Source of the DNA: Cylindrospermopsis raciborskii Cr2010
GTDB lineage: Bacteria; Cyanobacteriota; Cyanobacteriia; Cyanobacteriales; Nostocaceae
Assembly (NCBI RefSeq): GCF_003367075.2
Contig: NZ_CP065936.1
Location: 810,001-842,000, forward strand
Reading direction: 5' to 3'
Length of the DNA: 32,000 nucleotides
Positions 8,850 to 15,095 of this stretch are shown here, piece by piece. Below the pieces are notes generated by a model. That model saw nothing but the letters and a program-made list of their open reading frames with translations, had not been told where the DNA came from and searched no databases. The translations under genes were made by a program, and so were the position numbers. The stretch's first letter is position 1, and every line of letters begins with the position of its first letter.

Positions 8850-9086
8850 ATGGCAAGTATCAAATTGGGTCAATTGCAAACCACTGGTTCTGAACTATTT
8901 CAAGATTCCGAAAGTTTTCTCAATGAAATGAGCGATGTCAATTCTATCTCTGTTTATGGTGGTGGGTCTGATGTTAGTGACATGTACACTCTCACTAAAT
9001 TAGGAGAAGCATTTGTAAATACCTACGGTATTGGTCATATCGCCTATTTAGCTAAGTCTTATAGTGATCATGATTATTATTGGTAA
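8850..9086 (+). CDS. GG-leader precursor-like peptide, tandem paralogue 2 (78 aa; C-terminal tail DHDYYW)
   Basis: RBS GAGGAGGAAATT immediately before the ATG. The leader differs from paralogue 1 at 4 residues. Core: GSDVSDMYTLTKLGEAFVNTYGIGHIAYLAKSYSDHDYYW. Confidence 0.75.
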   Translation: MASIKLGQLQTTGSELFQDSESFLNEMSDVNSISVYGGGSDVSDMYTLTKLGEAFVNTYGIGHIAYLAKSYSDHDYYW

Positions 9087-9163
9087 GAAAATTACCAGAT
9101 CATTTCCTGGTCACTTCTGGTTCACTCATACTAAGTTAATAAAAAATCCTTGAGGAGGAAATT

Positions 9164-9397
9164 ATGGCAAGTATCAAACTGGGTCAATTGCAAACCACCG
9201 GTTCTGAACTATTTCAAGATTCTGAAAGTTTTCTCAATGAAATGAGCGATGTCAATTCTATCTCTGTTTATGGTGGTGGATCTTATGATTTCAGTGATAT
9301 GTCCATATTCACCAAATTAGCAGAAGCATTTGTCAATACCTATGGTATTGGTCATATTGCCTACTTAGCCAAGTCCTACAGCGACTACGACTACTAA
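9164..9397 (+). CDS. GG-leader precursor-like peptide, tandem paralogue 3 (77 aa; C-terminal tail DYDY)
   Basis: RBS GAGGAGGAAATT immediately before the ATG. The leader is amino-acid-identical to paralogue 2. The core centre is nucleotide-identical to paralogue 1 over 43 nt. Confidence 0.75.
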   Translation: MASIKLGQLQTTGSELFQDSESFLNEMSDVNSISVYGGGSYDFSDMSIFTKLAEAFVNTYGIGHIAYLAKSYSDYDY

Positions 9398-9419
9398 TAC
9401 GCTGAAATAATTAGCCAGT

Positions 9420-9469
9420 TTGGCTCTCCTGGAATCAAAGGTAAATTATTAATACCACAGGAGAGCCAA
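9420..9469 (+). promoter_or_regulatory. Long-stem hairpin (12-bp perfect stem TTGGCTCTCCTG/CAGGAGAGCCAA, 26-nt loop) between the tandem peptide genes and the distal genes
   Basis: Read directly. It lies 23 nt after the stop of paralogue 3. It is followed by TAAAAAAGG rather than a U-tract, so it is not a canonical intrinsic terminator on the + strand. Confidence 0.35.
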
Positions 9470-9510
9470 TAAAAAAGGCTCTAGAATACCCTTAATACCT
9501 ATTAAGATCC

Positions 9511-9720
9511 ATGGCTAAAATTATGATCAATGATCTGGAGCCTATTAACTCAGAAACATTCATTAATGATCTGAATAATCAAAATTCTCAAGCTATTTTT
9601 GGTGGTGAAGATCCTTATTTTGATGGACTGATAAATTTTGGCATCAAAACTCTTGAGTTTATGGTTGTTATCACAGCTATTAATGCCATTTCTTTTCTAG
9701 TATATTCCTTTCAAGAATAA
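9511..9720 (+). CDS. Divergent GG-leader peptide (69 aa; leader ...NSQAIFGG, hydrophobic 37-aa Cys-free core)
   Basis: 'MAKIMINDLEPINSETFINDL....AIFGG' follows the same leader pattern as paralogues 1-3 (I.L..L...SE.F...). Core: EDPYFDGLINFGIKTLEFMVVITAINAISFLVYSFQE. The stop is 17 nt before the kinase-like gene. No obvious SD. Confidence 0.5.
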   Translation: MAKIMINDLEPINSETFINDLNNQNSQAIFGGEDPYFDGLINFGIKTLEFMVVITAINAISFLVYSFQE

Positions 9721-9737
9721 CATATCTCCTAAAAATT

Positions 9738-10901
9738 ATGCCATTTGTTTTAAGTTCTGAAAACGTTTTTTCTTACCTGATTTCTCAAAGAATTTGCACT
9801 CAAGAAGAGCAATCAGCAAGCAAGATTGATCTCAAATCTGCTAAAAATTTTAATCTATTACTTACTTTACCCGATAACCGTCAATTATTGGTGAAACAAG
9901 AACGTATTAATCGAGAGGGTAAAACCAGCGGTGAGTTTATAGATGAATGGCAAGTTCATAATTTTTTTCAGACATTTTCAGCAGTAAATCATCTTCGTTC
10001 ATCCCTATCAGAAGCAATACATTTTGATCAGGCAAATTCCATCCTTGTCTTCAACTATCTCAGAGAATATCGGGATATAGGTGAGTTTTATGCCCGAGAA
10101 AATTTATTTCCCATGACAATTGCTCGCTCCCTAGGGGAAATATTGGCATCAATTCATCAGTTGACTTTAGATCGTCCAGAATATGAAAATTTCTTTCAAA
10201 ATTCTCAGATCACCAGAAAACATAAAAATTCTCACGTACATGAGGGAATCCCTAGAATTACACCGGAACTATTTGGTCAACTGACTGCAGATGATTTAAA
10301 ATTCTTTTCCCTGTATCAACGTTATGACAATTTGGGGAAAGCAATTTCCCAATTGGGTCAATCCTATCATGCTTGTTGTTTGACCCATAATGACCTAAAA
10401 CTCAATAATATTCTCCTGTCTTTAAATTGGGAATCTACAATAAGTCAATCATCCGGTAATATCCGGGGGGAAAAAATAATTCGCCTCATTGACTGGGAGC
10501 GTGGTAATTGGGGAGATCCAGCAAGTGATTTAGGTTCCATAATTGCCAGTTATTTACAAATTTGGCTATATAGTATGGTAACCAGTCGAACTATACCAAT
10601 TGAAGAATCACTACGATTAGCAGCTATTCCTTTGCACTTGATACAACCTTCTATAGCAGAACTAGTAGGTGGTTATTTAACTACCTTTCCAGAGATTTTA
10701 GAGCGTCGACCTAATTTTTTGCAATTAGTTGTACAGTTTACTGGCTTTTCATTAATTACCTCCATTCAAGCTAAACTGCAACACGAAAAGACCTTTGGTA
10801 ATTCTGGTATTGCTATTCTTCAGTTAGCCAAAACTCTCTTGTGTCGTCCCCAAACATCCCTCAGCACAATCTTTGGGGAGGATATTAGATTTGAGATCTA
10901 A
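9738..10901 (+). CDS. Protein-kinase-like / APH-fold phosphotransferase (387 aa)
   Basis: Candidate beta3 Lys in 'QLLVKQ' (K53). Catalytic loop 'HNDLKLNN' (aa 217-224, nt 10386-10409) fits HxDxxxxN, and the D-L-K-x-x-N form is typical of Ser/Thr kinases. Metal-binding 'LIDWERG' (D252, nt 10491-10493) resembles the IDxE of APH/MTR-kinase/CotS-type enzymes. Confidence 0.8.
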   Translation: MPFVLSSENVFSYLISQRICTQEEQSASKIDLKSAKNFNLLLTLPDNRQLLVKQERINREGKTSGEFIDEWQVHNFFQTFSAVNHLRSSLSEAIHFDQANSILVFNYLREYRDIGEFYARENLFPMTIARSLGEILASIHQLTLDRPEYENFFQNSQITRKHKNSHVHEGIPRITPELFGQLTADDLKFFSLYQRYDNLGKAISQLGQSYHACCLTHNDLKLNNILLSLNWESTISQSSGNIRGEKIIRLIDWERGNWGDPASDLGSIIASYLQIWLYSMVTSRTIPIEESLRLAAIPLHLIQPSIAELVGGYLTTFPEILERRPNFLQLVVQFTGFSLITSIQAKLQHEKTFGNSGIAILQLAKTLLCRPQTSLSTIFGEDIRFEI

Positions 10902-10962
10902 TTAAGGCGTCAAAAGGTCAGTCAAGGGGATTTTGTTGTTTTTATCTATAGGTGACAAAACT

Positions 10963-12060
10963 ATGCAATTATTAAATTCTCGCAAATTTCAGCTGACACA
11001 ACTCCCTGAGCAGTTGCAAGATTCTCTGCAGGATATGGTTAGTCACATTCAAATTGAGTCTTATTACTCTATTAAGCATACACGCTACAAGCATTCAATT
11101 CTACCAGATTCTGTAACTTCTCAGTTTGAAAGGCTACCTTTAGAGATACAGCAGCAACATTTAAAATTACAATTGCGTAACTTTATATATAACAACTATT
11201 ATAACGTTAACATAAAGAATAAATCAAGTACAGATGAGAACATAGACAGCAGTAAATTGAACAAACAGCTTGAAAACAATAGTTTGTTTGGGGTAGATCT
11301 AGAATTTTATGATCGTCTACACAATGGGAACAAAGGTAAAGGTTACTGGAGTCATAATTGGGAGATTGTCAAGGAAGAGACAGATGGTACCTTAGCAGTC
11401 TATAAGAACGGCTTAACACTGCACATTGACCCCAATTTACATTTATCACCAACAACTCAAGGTCTCAGTGCTGGAAAGACTATATCCGTTAAAATGCCGA
11501 AGAATTTGGTACAAAACGGCTTTTATATGGCCGTAGCTAATGCGGGAACTCAAAACAATCAGGAGATTACCCGCATCTACTTTAATATAGCAGCTGAAGG
11601 AGCAGCAACAGTGATGGAAAGTGTAACGGAATATCTTAATGATCTTGACATTTCATTCTCTTTTAAAGCATTATATAATCCCGGTGATTATCAACGTTAC
11701 GATTCAGCTGTTCTCTATTTTAATAAAAGTCAACATCAGATAGTCTGGCCTGTTTTGCAAAAAGTCTATGCAGAAAATGAATTATACTTTCAGCAACAGG
11801 TTCCCATGTTCACTAAAATACTAGCACCTGGGTTAGGCTGTGCGGAAGAACCAGAGCAAAAATTTGGCGACCAAGAGAGCTTCGGTACTCACCGCTGTCA
11901 AATTATTGCTAATGGATTAATTGAAGCCTGGCTAGCGGGTGATCATACTCCAGAGTACCGCATAAGTGCTATCTTTAAACAGTTTGCATTACAAAACATC
12001 CAGTTACAACATCCTTATCTCAATCCCCATTCTCAGGATATTTATACTCCCTTTTTTTAA
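10963..12060 (+). CDS. HopA1-effector-like protein; putative phospho-Ser/Thr lyase partner of the upstream kinase
   Basis: 366 aa from ATG 10963 (SD-like AGGTGA at 10950-10955); the ORF opens at TTG 10933. The central block 'GFYMAVANAG....ITRIYFNIAAEGAATVMESVTEYLNDLDISFSFKALYNPGDYQRYDSAVLYFNK' matches my recollection of the HopA1 family core (R.Y.N...F.FK....Y.R.D..V.Y). I could not run an HMM search. Confidence 0.5.
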   Translation: MQLLNSRKFQLTQLPEQLQDSLQDMVSHIQIESYYSIKHTRYKHSILPDSVTSQFERLPLEIQQQHLKLQLRNFIYNNYYNVNIKNKSSTDENIDSSKLNKQLENNSLFGVDLEFYDRLHNGNKGKGYWSHNWEIVKEETDGTLAVYKNGLTLHIDPNLHLSPTTQGLSAGKTISVKMPKNLVQNGFYMAVANAGTQNNQEITRIYFNIAAEGAATVMESVTEYLNDLDISFSFKALYNPGDYQRYDSAVLYFNKSQHQIVWPVLQKVYAENELYFQQQVPMFTKILAPGLGCAEEPEQKFGDQESFGTHRCQIIANGLIEAWLAGDHTPEYRISAIFKQFALQNIQLQHPYLNPHSQDIYTPFF

Positions 12061-12204
12061 AAAGGGTTTAATTTCAACTGTGAGGATTATTTCCTCACTA
12101 TCCCAAAACATCACTACCAGTCTCATGTCCAATTTTATGGGGTGTTTAACACGAAACTTTAGTAACTGACAAAATAACTATTTAATGACTGATAGAGGTG
12201 ATAA

Positions 12205-12462
12205 ATGATTCCAGAGAATTTTGAACAAAAGCAAGAGTCAGAAAAGATAGATATAACATTCCAGCATATACAAATTCAGCAAATTATTCATGCCATTATT
12301 GCAGGCAAATATGCTTGGGCCTGTATTTTATTTATTTACTTTTCAGGAAGGGATCCCCTCCACTATATACCTCAAGAAATTTACACTAAGTTAGTGAGAG
12401 ATAATTTTCCACCAGTATCAACTAATCGGGAGTTGACAACTGACAAAAAATTGAGTAGTTAG
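12205..12462 (+). CDS. HetP-family-like small protein (85 aa)
   Basis: SD-like AGAGGTGA sits 3 nt before the ATG. 'IIHAIIAGKYAWACILFIYFSGRDPLHYIPQEIYTKLVRDN' resembles the conserved N-terminal core of HetP and its short paralogues in Anabaena PCC 7120, which I recall as A.LAGKYSWAC.L..RFAGYNP.HYIP.R.YNRL. Confidence 0.55.
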   Translation: MIPENFEQKQESEKIDITFQHIQIQQIIHAIIAGKYAWACILFIYFSGRDPLHYIPQEIYTKLVRDNFPPVSTNRELTTDKKLSS

Positions 12463-12518
12463 ATTTACTGACCCAGTTTGGAAGATTTAGGTGTGAGGGC
12501 GATCGCAATTTTCCCTGC

Positions 12519-12886
12519 AAGCTGAACAAAAACGTCTATCTCAAGAACATCAACAGGAATATGAACAACGCCAAAGAAAACATGAAGAAGAGATGGACCA
12601 ATTCCGTATATTTATGGAAGAAACCAGGAAGATGGTGGCTGAAACTAATAAAAATATGGGATCCATCACTAGCAGATGGGGTGAGTTTGTAGAAAACTTA
12701 GTTAGACCTGCTGCGGCGCGATTATTTAAGGAGCAGGGTATTAATGTACACTATACCTCTCTTCAGGTAAAAGCTCATGATTATAAAGGTTCCATAGAAA
12801 TTGATATTTGGGCAGAAAATGATGGTGAAATTGTAGCCATTGAAGTTAAGTCTCACTTACCTCTGGTATCCCAAACTAGACACTAA
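12519..12886 (+). pseudogene. Fragment 1 of a DUF3782-like (coiled-coil plus PD-(D/E)XK-like) gene, truncated at both ends
   Basis: Homology to fragment 3 begins at about 12519, just after HIP1 12499-12506 ('AEQKRLSQEHQQEYEQRQRKHEEEMDQFRIFMEET'). It continues into '...GEFVENLVRPAAARLFKEQGINVHY...IEIDIWAENDGEIVAIEVKSHL' and stops early at 12886, 8 nt before HIP1 12895-12902. Confidence 0.6.
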
Positions 12887-12965
12887 ATGGACAGGCGATC
12901 GCATGTCTATTTGGTAAACAGGATAAGTTATAATAGAAGAAATTTTTACCTAATATTATAGAATT

Positions 12966-13133
12966 ATTAGCAATGAAACTATTACAATCGCAGATATTTT
13001 TGCTTTATTCAAAGAGAGTGAAAGACAAAGAGAAGCGGAACAAAAGCGTCTATCTCAAGAAATTGAACGGGAACGTGAAGAACGTCAACGGGAAAATGAG
13101 GCCCGTCAGCGAAAACATAAGGTTTATTTTTAA
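12966..13133 (+). pseudogene. Fragment 2 of the same gene family: N-terminal part with the start codon mutated (ATG to ATT)
   Basis: In frame from 12966: 'ISNETITIADIFALFKESERQREAEQKRLSQEIERE...RQRKHKVYF*'. This aligns with 'MSNETITLADIFALFKESERQREAEQ..KRLSQE' of fragment 3. The upstream sequence 'GGATAAGTTA(T/G)AATAGAAGAA' is also duplicated. Confidence 0.6.
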
Positions 13134-13301
13134 TTCGTCCAGCAGGAGACTCGGTAGCTATTGACATGAAGGAGGATTTTCAAGCCAAGGTGTGGTAAGT
13201 CTATAAATAGATATGCGATCGCATTTATCGTGTCTATACTACTAGTTGGTAACGTAGGATAAGTTAGAATAGAAGAAGTTTTTACTGAAGGTTATAGACT
13301 T

Positions 13302-13532
13302 ATGAGCAACGAAACAATTACGCTCGCAGATATTTTTGCCTTATTCAAAGAAAGCGAAAGGCAAAGAGAAGCTGAACAAGCTGAACAAAAACGTCTATCT
13401 CAAGAACGTCAACAGGAATATGAACAGCGTCAACGGGAATACGAGGAACGCCAAAGAAAACATGAAGAAGATATGGAGCAATTCCGTATATCTATGGAAG
13501 AAACAGCGATCGCCTTAATGTCTAGTGATTAG
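13302..13532 (+). pseudogene. Fragment 3 of the same gene family: intact start, coiled-coil N-terminus only (76 aa)
   Basis: 'MSNETITLADIFALFKESERQREAEQAEQKRLSQERQQEYEQRQREYEERQRKHEEDMEQFRISMEET'. It then diverges at HIP1 13508-13515 and stops. The nuclease-like domain seen in fragment 1 is absent. Confidence 0.6.
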
Positions 13533-13544
13533 GACTTGGATAAT

Positions 13545-14012
13545 ATGTATAATAAACTGTATGATAGCGATTTAGAATTATGGATCGAACAAACAATTCA
13601 ACAATTGCAAAATCGTGAGTTTGTATCTTTGGATGTTGAGCATTTAATTCAGGAGTTAGTAGATTTGGGTAAGTCCCAGAAGAATACACTTAAAAGTAAT
13701 CTTAAGATATTATTAGCTCACTTACTCAAACTAAAAATTCAGCATGATGCACCTGATATGATGAAAACAAGTTGGTACGGTTCAGTTGTAGAACATCGTC
13801 AACGGGTACTGGATAATTTAGCAGATACTCCATCTCTAAAAGGTTTTCTCGTGGAAGCAGTGGAAAAAGCCTATCCTGATGGACGAAAATTGGCAATTAA
13901 GGAGAGCAAATTTGCTAAATTGGGAGTCCGTCTACCAGAAGAGAGTGAGTATCCCATAATTTGTCCTTTTCAAATAGAGGAAATTCTGGATGAGGACTTT
14001 TATGGAGACTAA
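13545..14012 (+). CDS. DUF29 family protein
   Basis: 155 aa from ATG 13545 ('MYNKLYDSDLELWIEQT...LDVEHLIQELVDLGKSQKNTLKSNLKILLAHLLKL'). The ORF opens at TTG 13536. Confidence 0.85.
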   Translation: MYNKLYDSDLELWIEQTIQQLQNREFVSLDVEHLIQELVDLGKSQKNTLKSNLKILLAHLLKLKIQHDAPDMMKTSWYGSVVEHRQRVLDNLADTPSLKGFLVEAVEKAYPDGRKLAIKESKFAKLGVRLPEESEYPIICPFQIEEILDEDFYGD

Positions 14013-14022
14013 CCATTATAAC

Positions 14023-15033
14023 CTAGTTGGGAATTTTACCTACAACTTCCCTAACCCGATATATTGGCCTCCCCTGAGACTCATGATAGGTACGCATTAG
14101 CATTTCCGCTAATAGTCCAAAACAAAATAACTGTACTCCGGTAACCAGCAATAATACCGCTAAAATTAGTAGGGGACGACTACCAATGTTGAGATAAAAA
14201 AACAACTTGAGAATGGTGAGATAAATACTTAGTCCCCCACCAATAATGATTGAACCTAAACCTAATAACCCAAAAACGTGCATTGGACTAGTAAGAAACT
14301 TTTTCATAAAAAGAATAGTTATTAAATCCATTAATACACGAAAAGTCCGATATATACCATATTTACTTTTACCAAAACGTCTTGCGTGATGACGTACGGG
14401 AATTTCTGCAATTCTTGCTCCTTCAATATATGCTAATGCAGGTAGAAACCTATGTAGCTCTCCATATAGATTCATATCTGCTACTAATTCTGCACGGTAG
14501 GCCTTGAGAGAACAACCATAGTCATGAACATAAACACCAGTAGCACGACGAATTAACCAGTTAGCAATTTTGGAGGGTATGAGGCGATTTATTGCTCCAT
14601 CCTGGCGATTTTGCCGCCAACCAGTCACTAGGTCATAACCCTCATCTAGTTTAGCTAATAGTGCGGGAATATCCATGGGGTCATTTTGTAAATCCGCATC
14701 TAAGGTAACAATGGTTTCACCTGTGGCATAATTAAAACCAGCGGACATAGCAGCTGTTTGTCCATAATTCCGTCGCAAAATTATTACTTTTAGATCATTG
14801 CGCATTTGAGCCTGGGTCTTGAGAAACTCTGCTGAACCATCCTTAGATCCATCATCTACGCAAACAATTTCATAATTTAATCTATTTACTTGTAAAGCAT
14901 GACAAATTCCCTCTAGCAATAATGGCAAACTTTCTAGTTCATCTTTAATCGGTAAAACTACTGAAATGTCAAGTGCTTTATATTGACTACTAGATAATTT
15001 TTCATTAGTGGCTGGCAGTGGATAATTAGTCAT
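14023..15033 (-). CDS. Family 2 glycosyltransferase (polyprenyl-phosphate glycosyltransferase-like) with C-terminal TM helices
   Basis: 'ISVVLPIKDE...YEIVCVDDGSKDGS', DxD region 'TLDADLQNDP', and hydrophobic C-terminal segments. Confidence 0.85.
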   Translation of the reverse strand: MTNYPLPATNEKLSSSQYKALDISVVLPIKDELESLPLLLEGICHALQVNRLNYEIVCVDDGSKDGSAEFLKTQAQMRNDLKVIILRRNYGQTAAMSAGFNYATGETIVTLDADLQNDPMDIPALLAKLDEGYDLVTGWRQNRQDGAINRLIPSKIANWLIRRATGVYVHDYGCSLKAYRAELVADMNLYGELHRFLPALAYIEGARIAEIPVRHHARRFGKSKYGIYRTFRVLMDLITILFMKKFLTSPMHVFGLLGLGSIIIGGGLSIYLTILKLFFYLNIGSRPLLILAVLLLVTGVQLFCFGLLAEMLMRTYHESQGRPIYRVREVVGKIPN

Positions 15034-15095
15034 AAGTATTACTAAATGTAGAAATAAGTAGGGTTAGAATTAGTAGTGGTTAATGTAGTTAATAT

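Noticed and set aside
8725-9350. The 'TYG' in NTYGIGH as an XYG splicease (radical-SAM beta-amino-acid) motif
   Set aside because: The window has no radical-SAM enzyme (no CxxxCxxC-containing ORF near the cluster). A three-residue motif is too weak on its own.
8670-9397. Lanthipeptide (thioether) interpretation of the kinase/HopA1-like cluster
   Set aside because: None of the five predicted cores contains Cys, and I recognise no LanC-like or class V cyclase component. Lanthionine formation is therefore not supported; only dehydration or phosphorylation is considered.
8541-9400. Regularly spaced repeated units (about 300-bp period) that could superficially suggest a repeat array or CRISPR
   Set aside because: The units are about 300 bp, each with an RBS, an ATG and an intact 76-78-codon frame. 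They are tandem protein-coding paralogues, not short direct repeats with spacers.
11966-12169. 67-aa + strand ORF overlapping the 3' end of the HopA1-like gene
   Set aside because: It is an out-of-frame overlap with a longer, motif-bearing ORF, and its sequence is low-complexity Ile/Ser/Leu-rich. Likely spurious.
12973-13518. ORF-track entries 12973..13164 and 13336..13518 (Lys/Asn-rich translations)
   Set aside because: They are the wrong reading frame of the DUF3782-like fragments. The homologous frame gives the ...ETIT.ADIFALFKESERQREAEQ... sequence.
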